64,000 nucleotides of DNA from Octopus vulgaris (taxonomy: Eukaryota): the NCBI GenBank assembly GCA_951406725.2, contig OX597825.1:83018001-83082000 (forward strand). The letters run 5' to 3'. Positions 1 through 13,239 of this stretch are shown piece after piece. Both the position numbers and the translations under genes were made by a program. The first letter of the stretch is position 1, and the number at the start of each line of letters is the position of its first letter. The notes beneath the pieces are model-generated. The model was not told the DNA's origin and did no database searches. It saw only the letters and a program-made list of their open reading frames with translations.

Positions 1-29
1 GCTGTTGTCGGCACACACACACACACACA

Positions 30-91
<62 letters not shown>

Positions 92-533
92 TACATATAT
101 AGACATATATATACACATACAGTGTGTATGGTATGATTATGTTATTTTGTTGTTCAATCCAAGGTTAGCCCTATAGGACGAGAATCCAGAAACTTTTCTA
201 TCCGACATGTCTTTTTCCTTCTTGAGCATTGGGTTATGGTGTGCAGTAGTATAACAGGGTATGACATAGTGTATTGTATGATGATGTAGAGTGTTGTGGT
301 ACGGTGTTGAATCGCCTGGTGTAATAATGATATGACGTAGTATAATTGTGGTAGTATGAGGTATGACGCCATGTGGTATGGCTGGGTATGACACGGTGTC
401 TTGTGGGAGGGCTGTACCAAGCCACGTCATACTTCTATAAATCTATCAACCATTGTTACTAATGACGACATTAGCCTAATTTATTATTGTATGTTACATT
501 TTTTTTACTCGCCTGCTACATTCAACACTCGTC

Positions 534-898
<365 letters not shown>

Positions 899-934
899 TA
901 ATCTTTTCTTTATTGGCCACAAATAATCAGGATC

Positions 935-1013
935 AACATCATCGTCGTCGTCGTCGTTGCCGTAAATATATTCATTGCCACCCTCATAACTCTCCCCATC
1001 TTTATCATCCGCC

Positions 1014-1049
<36 letters not shown>

Positions 1050-1066
1050 CCATCATCATCACCACC

Positions 1067-1139
<73 letters not shown>

Positions 1140-1314
1140 CCACCACAAGCACCAATAACATCATCATTGCCTTCATCGTCATCACCACCAACGCGATCAC
1201 TATCATTGTTATATCATTCACCATCATCATTATCATTATGATGACGATGATGACGATGTTGACGATGATGATGACGATGATGATGACGATGATGATGATG
1301 ATGATGATGATGAC

Positions 1315-1369
<55 letters not shown>

Positions 1370-1580
1370 GGTGTCACCATCATCAACACCATCATGAACA
1401 TTATTGTCATCCCCTCCACCACTACCACCACCACCACCACCACCACCACCACCACCACTATCAACAACATTATAATTAACATTATAATTATATCCAGAAT
1501 CAACACCACGAAGACAGCCATCAACATCATCATCATCAACAGCAGCAGTAGCAGTCACAGCAGCAGCAGCAGCAGCGACA
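935..1580. repeat. Compound trinucleotide tract (CAT/CAC then GAT/GAC, CAC, CAG)
   Basis: Direct reading; switches from CAT to its complement GAT near 1235. Confidence 0.95.
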
Positions 1581-2090
1581 GCAGGAGTGGTAGCAAGAAC
1601 TTAATGAACGAATTAAGTGCGAGAGATCATTAAGGAGATATTTTTTTCTTTTTCATTTTTTTCTTTTTCTTTTTTTTTTTTCTTTTCTTTCTTTGCGAAT
1701 ACCACAAACGTTCTGACTTCATATATTCTGGACGTATCAACTGGTTCTCTTGAAATAAACATCGGAAGTTATATATTTCTAGCCATATGTCGCTCATTTT
1801 CTTTTCTGTTTTTTTTTTCCTCCCCCTGTTTTAATTCGGTCCATATGGCTTCGAGTCGGCAGAATTACAGTTATAGAAAATAATTATTGCATTATAAAGA
1901 TACATTGAAATTATTATTGGTCTCAAATTTTGGCACGGTTATTACTTTCCTGGAACAACATCAGCATACGTTACCCAGACTATTTACTTGTTTACACAAA
2001 CACACACACGTAAGCATACACACACACACATGTATATATTGTATGTGTTTGACTATGTGTGTATGTGTGTATGTATACACATATATATAT

Positions 2091-2173
2091 ATGAAAAGGT
2101 CTCAAAATGACCGAAACCGGTACTGAAATGTTCTTTATAAAATTATTTTAGCATTCTCTATTTTGACTTGTTT

Positions 2174-2178
<5 letters not shown>
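2091..2178 (+). mobile_element. 5'-truncated hammerhead-bearing PLE-like fragment
   Basis: ATGA-aaa-GGTC-tcaaaat-GACC-GAAA-CCGG-TA: stem II, GAAA, palindromic stem III (ACCGGT) and GUA site are present; CUG and stem I 5' strand are missing; lies between (TA)n tracts. Confidence 0.5.
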
Positions 2179-2225
<47 letters not shown>

Positions 2226-2228
<3 letters not shown>

Positions 2229-2277
2229 TTTTCTGCTGCTTAAATAAAGATATTATATATATATATATATCTTTTCC

Positions 2278-2280
<3 letters not shown>
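2226..2280 (+). mobile_element. Fragment of the HHR element family seen at 61061-61210
   Basis: GAATTTTCTGCTGCTT-AAATAAAG-ATATTA ... TCCGGT matches 61114-61146 and the end at 61206-61211. Confidence 0.55.
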
Positions 2281-2348
<68 letters not shown>

Positions 2349-2449
2349 CAAAATACATTTCAGGCTTCCAAAGTTCGTTTATAATATATATACAAACATG
2401 AATATACACATATACAGATATATATATATACATACAAATATGTGTGTAT

Positions 2450-2492
<43 letters not shown>

Positions 2493-2820
2493 TGTGCCTG
2501 CAGCATACATCGAATTTAGTAAATCTTTACTTTGGATCCATTCAATCTCATCAGGCATCTAGAATGAATGTAAATTTATATGCATTTATGTACATACTTA
2601 TGCATGTATGTATGTATCCATCTATGTATGTATATATGTACGTATGTTTCTATGCATGTATATATCTATGTTTGTATGTTTGTTTGTACACGTTACGTTA
2701 CTTTTCTGTTTTTAATTATTTAAATTCCTTTCTCTAAAGCGGGAGCTAGTTTCCAACAGAGATCCAAAGGTCCATCATGTGCATAAAGGATATAACATCT
2801 ACTATACTACATATTGCACT

Positions 2821-2857
<37 letters not shown>

Positions 2858-2884
2858 TTCGGTATCATTATAACATATGCAATT

Positions 2885-3108
2885 AAGGCGGTGAGTTGGC
2901 AGAATCGTTAGAACGCCAGCGAAATGCTTAGCACTATTACGTCTGTAGTAGCGTTCTGAGTTCAAATTCTGCCGAGGTCGACTTTTCTTTTCATCCTTTC
3001 GGGGCCGATCAAATAGGTACCGGTAACGCACTGGAGGAGTCGATATAAACGACTAGCTACCTTCCACCAAAATTTTCAAGAGCTTTTGCCCAGAGTAGAA
3101 ATAGTTAC
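2885..3108 (+). mobile_element. SINE B' (tRNA-derived, older tail)
   Basis: Head AAGGCGGTGAGTTGGCAGAATCGTTAG, B-box GAGTTCAAATTC, core GGTCGACTTT.CTTTCATCCTTTCGGGG. Confidence 0.85.
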
Positions 3109-3241
3109 AATATATGCAAATACGAATGAGGTATTGTACGGAGTGTTCACATTATCCCGTACGTGTAACCATGCATTTGTCTAACAACTACACATCAGCA
3201 TAGAGTGACACCTTACATTTCACCACGGTACTATCCTGGCA

Positions 3242-3843
3242 AAGGCGGCGAGATGGCAGGAACGTTGGCACGCCGGGGGAAATGCGTAGCCGTATTTCGT
3301 CTGTCGCTACGTTCTGATTTCAAATTCCGCTGAGGTCGACTTTACCTTTCATCCTTTCGGGGTCGATAAATTAAGTACCAGTTACGCACTGGTGTCGATA
3401 TAATCGACTTAATGCGTTTGTCTGTCTTTGTCTGTCCTCTCTGTGTTTAGCCCCTTGTGGGTAGTAAAGAAATAGGTATTTCGTCTGCCGCTACGTTCTG
3501 AGTTCAAATTACGCCGAGGTTGACTTTGCCTTTCATCCTTTCGGGGCCGATTAAATAAGTACCAGTTACGCATTGGATCGATATAATCGACTTAATCCGT
3601 CTGTCTGTTATTGTTTGTCCCCTCTGTGTTTAGCCCCTTGTGAGTAGTAAAGAAATAGGTACTTCGTCTGCCGCTACGTTCTGAGTTCAAATTTCGCTGA
3701 GATCGACTTTGCCCTTCATCCTTTCGGGGTCGATAAATTAAGTACCAGTTACGCACTGGGGTCGATATAATCGACTTAATCCGTTTGTCTGTCCTTGTTT
3801 GTCCTCTCTGTGTTTAGCCCCTTGTGGGTAGTAAAGAAATAGG
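3242..3843 (+). mobile_element. SINE B trimer (one head plus three ~183-bp body-tail units)
   Basis: Units restart at TATTTCGTC (3477) and TACTTCGTC (3660); flanked by direct repeat GGTACTATCCTG (3227-3238, 3842-3853). Confidence 0.92.
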
Positions 3844-4368
3844 TACTATCCTGTCCTGGCATTATCGCTCACGCGAAATTCACGATGCATGTTGAGTTAA
3901 ACTTCATTCTTAGCCTCCATTAAAATATTTATATTTTCTTTGCTATTTCGCTGTATCTCTTCTCTTCTTAGTTCCCCTATCTCTATCAGATAATGCGAAG
4001 AAATGTCGTTATGGGGGACATACACACACGAAAATAAAGATACCATTAGAATGTTGAAAACGACTGAAATCTATGGCGGAAAGCAATAAAAGGTGGCAAG
4101 AAAACCAATGGAGGTTAATTCAATAATAATAGAAGGTGGTCGCCAACATGACGTCGTTTGTCTAAGACGGAGCTAATAACTCTGCCGTTCGTCACGATTG
4201 ACCGATATTATGGCGTATATTTATCAAACACACACACACACACACACGAACACACACACACATACGGAGGCACAAATATTGGCGCATGTGCACACATAGG
4301 TAAGTGTATGAATAAATATAAGTGTATGCGCAAAATATGCACTTCGGCACACACACACACACACACGC

Positions 4369-4403
<35 letters not shown>

Positions 4404-5103
4404 TACATACATATATAGACATATATATACACATATATATATATATACATATATACACATATATATACATATATATACATATATACATATATACATATAT
4501 ATACATAAACATATATATGTATATACATATATAACATATATACGTATACATGTATACATATACATCATATATATATATATATGTAAGTATGTATGTATGT
4601 ATGTATGTATGTATGTATGTATCTATGAATAGGAATGTTTCGCAGGAGAGCTCTTGATAGTCAATAATGCAACTCTCCTCACTTGCCATTTCAGGCCAGC
4701 TCTGACGGCACATATGTTGCTGAAAGAATCAGTTAGACTATGATTTAACGTGAAGCTTGGTGCCCGGTACACACGACGTTTTTTCATGTACACCACCGCT
4801 ACACCGCATTTGATGGTGAAAATGAAGATGATGATGATGATGATGATGATGATGACGACGATGACGACGACCACGATGACGACGACCACTATGACGAACA
4901 TGATGACGTTAATGTTGATGACGATCCGGTTCGTTATGAAACTGATTAACAAACCGTTGATAGATATCCAATAATAATACGAATACTCTCGTACCATCTC
5001 ATAGATATATGTGCGTGCGTCTGTGTGTGTGTGAGTGTGTGAGTGTGTGCGTGAATGTGTGTTTGTATGTATGCATGTATATATATATATATATATATAT
5101 ATA

Positions 5104-5328
5104 AACTTCATTACTACTCACAAGGGGCTAAACACAGAGAGGACAAACAAGGACAGACAAAGGGATTAAGTTGATTACATCGACACCAGTGCGTGACTGG
5201 TACTTAAGTTATCGACCCCGAAAGAGATGAAAGGCAAAGTCGTTTTTAAACTCAGAGCGTAGCGGCAGACGAAATACCGCTATGCATTTTAAATGGCGTG
5301 CTAACGTTTCTGCTAGCTCACCGCCTTA
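5104..5328 (-). mobile_element. SINE B
   Basis: Reverse complement of the B consensus with a small internal deletion. Confidence 0.88.
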
Positions 5329-5359
5329 ATATATATACATATGCATACATACTAATATA

Positions 5360-5850
5360 CCAAGCATGTATGCCTTCCTCGTGCGGAGACGACTGCGCTG
5401 GCTTGGACACGTCTGCCGCATGCAGGACGGTCGCATGCCTAAAGACATCCTGTACAGCGAACTCACCACGGGATCCCGACCCAAGGGACGTCCACAGCTA
5501 CGATACAGGGACGTGTGCAAGCGCGACCTGAGGACTGCCAACATCTGTGTGGACACGTGGGAGGAAACAGCTGCTGACCGCTCTGCCTGGCGTCGGACAG
5601 TGAAGAAAGGCGTTTCCATGGCTGAGGAGAGGAGAGCACAGCTGTGGTTGGACAGGCGGGACAGGAGGAGAACAACTGCAGCAACACCCCACACGTACCC
5701 ATCGATGTTCGTGTGCAGCAAATGTACCAAGGACTGCCACTCTAGAATTGGACTGTTCAGTCACAGCAGACGCTGCACATCATCAAAGTAGGCCCCACCC
5801 TTGGCGCAACCCATTGTCTATCAAGACAGACGGGGAAAGAGAGAGAGAGA
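5360..5850 (-). other. Antisense ORFs over the RTE fragment (not genes)
   Basis: The minus-strand ORFs 5326-5730, 5463-5702 and 5498-5764 are shadows of the GC-rich RTE sequence on the plus strand. Confidence 0.6.
5360..5850 (+). mobile_element. RTE-clade LINE, 5'-truncated 3' end (ORF2 C-terminus 5366-5791, 3'UTR, (GA)n tail)
   Basis: RRLRWLGHVCRM-DGRMPK-ILY-EL, GRP-LRYRD, AADRSAWR and a terminal C-x2-C...SRIGL-SH-RRC zinc-binding motif typical of RTE ORF ends; open to the stop at 5791. Confidence 0.92.
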
Positions 5851-6240
5851 TACATACATACACACACAATCACATATGGGCATGTGACTATGTATTACTA
5901 TATATAAAAACAGGAGAAATAAGCTATATCAAATCTCTGAGCGAGATGTAAACAGTAGGAATACGGAATTGTTACATAAGATTGCTAACCAAGTGTGGCG
6001 TCCCCTATATGGGACAGTGGTACTGGCGTTTATAGCCCCAGGGAGACATCTCTTCCAGCTGGCTAACGACACACATTCTGTGTCCGCTTGGTATTTGCGA
6101 GGGGAGGTCATCGCTCCCATCTCCAGCCTTACGTGATACACACGGACTCCAGTTTCTGAGTGGTTACCCGTCCGCAGCCTCTGTCAATCACCAGCTAGAG
6201 AAAAAAAAATCATTCCACTCGCAAATTACTATATACTTTT

Positions 6241-6276
<36 letters not shown>

Positions 6277-6311
6277 GAAATACAGTAAACAAATGGTATT
6301 TTATGCTTTTT

Positions 6312-7100
6312 ACAACATACACGTGTTTCGGGAATTTACTGCCAAAATTACATAATTGCCTGTTGAACCATTATATAATCTTATAAGTTTACCTCTTCAA
6401 TATATATGATATGCATCAATTACAGTAATAGTTTGCCCCAGTGCTTGATTTGTTCTCTAATCTTCCGTAAAATTCTATCCTACAAATTATTATCCATTAA
6501 ATTCGATTTTTATATTTTTACTCTTCTTTTTTTATAAGATAATGCAATGCTTTCTCAAAGTGATGCAACAGTTTCTTTCAGAATATCACAGATTTAATTT
6601 TCCTGATGATTTTTTCTCCTTCATATATACATACAATACATACATACAATATATACATATATACATACATACATACATTCATACAACATTTCTTCAGATT
6701 AATACAACAGGAAAATATATAGAAAGTTCTGGATTTAATATATTCTTGAGGCGTTAGCCACAAAAATGAAAGTTCTTATTATAATTCGGAATTTAATCAA
6801 AGCGTACATTTGATTATCACCACAGCTACGTTGTAGGTAATTTAATGAAAAGTTCTTTAAAATATACTTCTTCGGCTATCTCACATTTTTCATAATGAGT
6901 TTCACAACGCTATATTTATCTCTGCCGACTCGTGTACACAGCAGGAGACAAGTTCTCCCTCCAGGTGTTGTTTTTTGTTAAAATTTCATACACTTCTTGA
7001 TTGTTTCTTTGTCTACTATTTGCTTGGATCGCATTGGGTTGTTCAGTAAAGTTGGCAATTCAGAGTGATCAGCATACTAAACACAAATACAGTGTCGCAT
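6312..7100 (-). mobile_element. Decayed Penelope-like element 3' region with degenerate HHR (6312-6408)
   Basis: Minus strand TTGAAGA-GG...CC-GAAA-CACGTG-TA with palindromic stem III; upstream minus-strand SCGDNQMYALI resembles the motif preceding PLE GIY-YIG. Confidence 0.35.
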
Positions 7101-7199
7101 ATTATATAGATAAATCCTTATAGTATTTGTATATATTACACAGAACATTCCTTCAACCAGGAGTAATTTACCTTCAGCAACACAATTAATTTATTTTGC

Positions 7200-7340
7200 A
7201 GTGAATTAGCGCAGGCGTTCGAGCATTGGACAGCTTCCTTCGTGATATTTGCTCCGCACTGTCTATATCCTGCGTTCAAATCTCGCGAGATCACATTTAT
7301 ATTTTATCCATTCCTAGTTGCAATAAAAATGCACCAGTAG
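7200..7340 (+). mobile_element. Old SINE B' fragment
   Basis: Degenerate head, GTTCAAATC B-box and core. Confidence 0.55.
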
Positions 7341-7345
7341 CGATA

Positions 7346-7695
<350 letters not shown>

Positions 7696-7719
7696 TATAA
7701 TGATAACAATAATAATAAT

Positions 7720-7938
7720 GATATTCCTTTCTACAAAACACACAAGGCCTGAAATTTTGAGGGAGTGAGCTAATCGATTAGATCGACTCCCGTACACAAC
7801 ATACTTAATTCATCCACTCCGAAAAGATGAAAGCAAAGTCTATCAAGGCGGAATTTGAACTCAGAACGTAAAGCTGGACGAATTGCCGCTAAAAAGTTTG
7901 CCCGGGGAGTCAACTATTCTGCCAGCTCGACCCCCTTA
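7720..7938 (-). mobile_element. SINE B'
   Basis: GGCGGAATTTGAACTCAGAACG and (AAT)n-associated old tail. Confidence 0.8.
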
Positions 7939-8037
7939 ATTATTTCGATAATAATGCAAAACCTATTCCTGGGTGAAACACACGCTAACCTCTTCCCAAT
8001 CATTAATACCTGAACGTCAAACAGAAATGTAGTATCA

Positions 8038-8312
8038 GGTGCAGGAGTGGCTGTGTGGTAACTAGCGCGCTTACCAACCACATGTATGTTTGTATGCATT
8101 TATGTGTATATGTTTGTGTGCTTCTGTTTGTCCTCCACCATCGCTTCACAACCGATGCTGGTTTGCTTACGTCCTCGTAACTTAGAGGTTCGGCCAAAGA
8201 GACCGATGGAATAAGTACTAGGCTTACAAAGAATAAGTCATGTGGTCCATTCGCTCAGCGATACTCCAGCATGGCCGCAGTCAAATAACAGAAACAAGTA
8301 AAGGAATAAAAG
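8038..8312 (+). mobile_element. SINE A with internal deletion
   Basis: Head joined directly to the 3' half; tail CCAGCATGGCCGCAGTC...GAAACAAGTAAA. Confidence 0.88.
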
Positions 8313-9319
8313 AATTGTCGTTGGTACCTGGTAGCAGTAATTTAGAACTAAATTTGAGACAAATAAATGCCATCATAGTAGAAGTTTCCCTGGTCGCCAT
8401 GTAACGCTCAGAGCCAAGAGTCTTTTAGATTCTCTTGTAATATACTGTAGCAAGAATGGCTAAAAGAAGGTTCTCCGTACAGTCATCAGAAATCGTACAG
8501 AAATGGTAAAAGAAAAGAATGCCATCGACAGTCTTTAAGACAAAAACAGAATATCAAAAAATAAAACAGTAAAATAATTATATAAAGGTGGTGCCCCAGC
8601 ATGGCCGCATTCTAATGTCTGAAACAGGTAAAAGAAACAAATAGAAGAATACATTCATACATGTACTAAATGACATGAGAAGATTGTTCTGAAAACCTTA
8701 AATAGAAGGATTGATAGAAATCGCATGAAGTTGCGAGCATTCAGAGAATCACGTACGTTTTGTGCATCTATGAATGTGTGCATGTATCTATATGCGTGTT
8801 TGTGTGTGGTTTTGTATCGATGTATGTATATGCATGTGTATTTGTGCGCCAGGCAGTGTGCATTTGCGCATGTGCATGTCCGTAGTAACATGTCTTACCA
8901 GAGCTGGATTATTCAGGAAGTATAGTTTTATATTAAAAGGTCCAATGGAAGCTTATGTATATATAACTTTGTGTGCAAGTGTGTGCGTGTGTATGCGTGT
9001 GTGTGTCTGCGTTTGTGTGTTTGCGTGTGCATGTGTGTGTATGAGTGTGTGTGCGCGTGTCTGTCTGTCTGTGTCTGTGTCCGTGTGTGTTTGCGTGAAT
9101 TCTCGAAAAATATCTCTCATTAAAATCAAAAATAATTATGTAAACATATTAATATTTCGTTTCGAGAGATTTTTGAAGAACCAAACGGAAATAACAGAAA
9201 CAAAATATGATAGGATTAAAAAATACCTTTTTCAAAAGAAATTAAAATGCATAGATACAAGATTGCATACATATACACACTGACACTCATACATTCAGCC
9301 AAACATTACTTAAATATGT

Positions 9320-9546
9320 GGAGGAACAATGGCCCAGTAGTTAGGGCAGCGGATTTGCAGTCATAGAATCGCGGTTTCGTTTCCCAGACTGGGCGTTGAC
9401 AGTATTTATTGAGCGAAAACATCTAAAGCTCCACGATGCTCCGGCAGGGACAGGTGGCGTCCCTACTGTATTCTTTCACCATAACTTTCTCTCACTCTTT
9501 CTGTTGCACTGGAACCCTCGTCGCCGTAACCGACGGAGTGCCACAA
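9320..9546 (+). mobile_element. SINE C (tRNA-Arg-like head), internally deleted
   Basis: TGGCCCAGTAGTTAGGGCAGCGG head; ends GGAACCCTCGTCGCCGTAACCGACGGAGTGCC like the 48253 copy. Confidence 0.85.
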
Positions 9547-9596
9547 TATAAATATATACATATACACGCATACATATGTATATGTGCATATATATA

Positions 9597-9655
<59 letters not shown>

Positions 9656-10447
9656 GTGTAGACATACATAATAGGCTAAAGCATTTGTGGGCGAAACACC
9701 AGCATGGCCGTAGTCCAGTAACTGGAATTATGAACGCAATATACAGACTTGAGTGGCTACACACGCAAACACACACATTCATTCATACATACATGCATAC
9801 ATAGAGATGTGTATATAATCTTGAAATATATATATATATTATCGCCATGGAAGGAATTTCTGAGAAATAAGTAAATAATCTAATACTAGCAGTACCCGTG
9901 TAAACTCAGCACCCCGTTTTGATACAGTGTCGGCCATAAACATCTCCCCCTTCTTTTCCTTCATAATCCTTTGATTAATTTCTCAGAAATCTTGTCATCT
10001 CTCTTCAGCCATCTTTTCTCTTCGCACCTGTATTCTTCGGCTTCTGTAAAATACTCTTCTTGGCAATCATCATCTGCCATATTTCGATATGTTTTTTTGA
10101 TTAACAATTCTCATTTTTTATTTCTTTTTAACCTCAGTTTTGTCATACGCACCTTCCACATACACATGCAAACACTCACATGCGTAGGCCAATGGCGGGC
10201 GCTCATACTCACACACATGCACACACACAAATACCTTCACTCCAAATACACACAATCAACTCAATGTAGTTTATTTGCGTGTATATTATTAGCTCTAACA
10301 GAGCTCATATGAGAGTAAACCTATGTCCTGTGCATGCTATCGCTTTATCTATGTATTTGTATTAATCTATCCATCTATTTCTATATATCTATTAGTCTGT
10401 CAGTCTATCTATTTATCCATCTATCTATCTATCTTTCTATATGTCTG

Positions 10448-10504
<57 letters not shown>

Positions 10505-11079
10505 TTCTCACATACTTTTACGTACCCGCCCCTTTCCTCAATGTGACATCTTTTACACCACAGGAAGACATCGCTATTAATTTATTATACTAAATTACAA
10601 ATATGACAAAATATGACAAGAATTTGGGTTGATTAAATTCCGCAAACTGAAGAACTGTCGAGAATGGTAACAAAGTCCAAATTTTATTTGTTTAAGTCTA
10701 CAAGTTACGTTGCGGGGAAGAGTGATTCCAACAAGAGTCCTTCTGTGGCATAGAACATTCATCAACAATTTACATTTTCTTCTCCCAGCAACCAACGTTG
10801 ATGGTACCATCCAATTCTCCTTCAATTTTGATTGATTCGATTAAACTACAAAATGAACACGTGCCAAAATATTTGCATATTCTTGCATTATAGAAATTTT
10901 TGAAAGTCGCTTGATCATTAGTAAACGACCATTTCGAGACTGACGGGTGGATATAGGGTATTTATCTCTTGGTTCTATGTACCCTGCTTTCACTATTTAT
11001 CTCAGATATCTTTGTAGTCGATAAAGGACTTACGTTTTAACCTTGACCCAGCGTAACATCTCGGACTTCACAGCCGGTG

Positions 11080-11225
11080 GACAGAGGGCTGCACTGGATG
11101 GGTATACCGAAACAGAGTGAAATAAAGTGACTTGCTCAAGGAGATATCATTGCTGCCGGATTCAGGATTAGAACCCTGGGCCTAAGAACATTAACCGAAT
11201 TATCTAACCACTCGGCAACGCACTT
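11080..11225 (-). mobile_element. Old SINE F (tRNA head, CORE-like AAGTGACTTGCTCAAGG)
   Basis: Similar to 35045-35178. Confidence 0.55.
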
Positions 11226-12419
11226 TTACAATAATTTGTTGATAAAGAAAAGAAAAGAGGATTCTGTAATAAAGTATGATCTGAAAAAAATCAATAATCA
11301 CAAAGAGAAAGCAAGATAAAATTAATAAGTGGATCGAAAAGTCTGAAAGTGTGTCAAATATTTTTATATATCCTGTATAAGGAGTCGGAGAAAACTGGTG
11401 ACCCGCTAATAATATACGGAGAATACTAAAAAGTCGGTGTAGCGTGGTTTGTAACGGTTGAGAAGTTTCTAGAAGATGCAGAGGGAGTAAGAAGCACAAC
11501 ATGAATGCTAGCAGAAGAATTCACGATGAGAATTGCAGAAGGAGATTGTATAGAATGGAGAATCTATAGAGATTGTCTTTTACGAAGATGAACGAAGATA
11601 TTAACATGGTGAGATCATAGTGCGGAGGAAATCAAACTAAGATACTATACCAGGACGCATCTCTGCATTACAAGAGTAGGTTAAGAGAAGAGGTATATTA
11701 TCTATGACGATAATACCACAGTACCTCTCCCTTTTGTAAAGGACGATGTGAAAAATGCAGCGTATTTGGTAATCGAATTTAGATATTATATAAAGGAACA
11801 GTTATGTATTATATATCGAATTTGAATTGAATCTATAATAGAGAGAGAGAGAGAAAGCTGAGAAATTGTCTGAACATCAGCCCACTTTAATTGAATTGAA
11901 AGACATCAAATCTATGCTACTTCAACAAGCGAGGTGACCAGATGGCGCTCGGCGAATATTGAAAAACACAAAAGGTTAAAATGGCGAATATTATAAGAAA
12001 TATGAGGAAGGTTAGAAGGAGTTCTACCCATTGACGTTGTAATAACCGGATTTACAGGAATTGGATTCCTGCAACTAAATAGATCTGGATCAAGAACTCA
12101 AGCGTGACATTCAATTCTATAGTTAATAAATTACATTTATGTAATTCCAGACAGAAGTAGTATCATTATTAATCAATTGGATAACGTTAGCTAATATACG
12201 ATTTGTACAGAATTCCTTCAAATGTATTAGATTGAAGAAAACTCAGCAAACACGATTCCTAGCATTGGCAAATGTCTATAATGTGATTTGATTCATACAT
12301 AATCGGTAACGCATAGATATTTGTGGACCCCACGATGGATGAAACGTAAGATTTCTTCCCTGGATTTTAACAGAGAATGTAGCGGAGAGATGTATTTGAA
12401 CGCTGATAAATATTCCTTT

Positions 12420-12817
12420 CAAATTTTGGCACGACGCCAGCAATTTTGGGGAAGAGATTGCGTCAGTTACATGGACCCCAGTATCCAACTGTTATTTATT
12501 TTATCGATCCCGCAGAGGAAGGAATAGCAAAGACGACCAATGTGGCATTTCAAATCAGAACGTAAAGACAGACGAAATACCTATTTCTTTACTACCTGCA
12601 AGGGGCTAAACACAGAAAGGACAAACAAGGACAGACAAACTGATTAAGTCGATTATATATCAACCCCAGTGCGTAACTGGTACTTATTTAATCGACCCCG
12701 GAAGTATGAAAGGCAAAGTCGACCTCAGCGGAATTTGAACTCAGAACGTAACGGCAGACGAAATACTGGGAAGCATTTCGCACAGCGTGCTCGCGATTCT
12801 GCCAGCTCGCCTGCCTC
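12420..12817 (-). mobile_element. SINE B/B' chimeric dimer
   Basis: Head-body-B tail joined at GACGAAATA|CCTATTTC (~12579) to a body with the old B' tail. Confidence 0.88.
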
Positions 12818-12839
12818 TTCCGGGAATGGAAAATACTGG

Positions 12840-13055
12840 TTTCAAATTTTGGCACAAGGCCAGCAACTTCGAGGCGAGGTGATAAGTCGGTTACATCGAC
12901 CCCAGTATTCAACTGGCACTTGTTTTATAAGTGACCCCGAAAGGATGGAAGGCAAAGTCGACTTCGGTGGAATTCGAACTCAGAATGTAAATGCGGTTGA
13001 GATGCTCCTAAGCATTTTGTCTGGCATGTTACCAACTCTGCCAGTTCGCTGCCCC
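12840..13055 (-). mobile_element. SINE B'
   Basis: Core GACCCCGAAAGGATG.AAGGCAAAGTCGAC. Confidence 0.82.
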
Positions 13056-13239
13056 TCTTCGACGGATGTAAATTATTAAAATACATTTCAGTTAATTTAC
13101 TCTTATAAATTTAACGTTTTATTTTGTGTTTTGTTGAGTACATTTACGAAAGGATGCACTCTTTTATACATGATGTAATGGCGCTGAGTACTAAGAAAGA
13201 TTAATGCGATCTAGTAATGCTGTATGGACCAATGTAGCC

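Noticed and set aside
2520-2560. CUGAUGA on minus near 2548 (also CUGANGA at ~6603, 10003, 10648, 34127, 45468)
   Set aside because: No properly placed GAAA or supporting stems I/III
3242-3843. CRISPR-like or satellite array
   Set aside because: Units are whole SINE bodies without unique spacers; eukaryotic context
10595-10825. 76-aa complex ORF (also 43433-43672 and 51902-52192)
   Set aside because: No recognisable domain, length expected by chance, no clear splice sites
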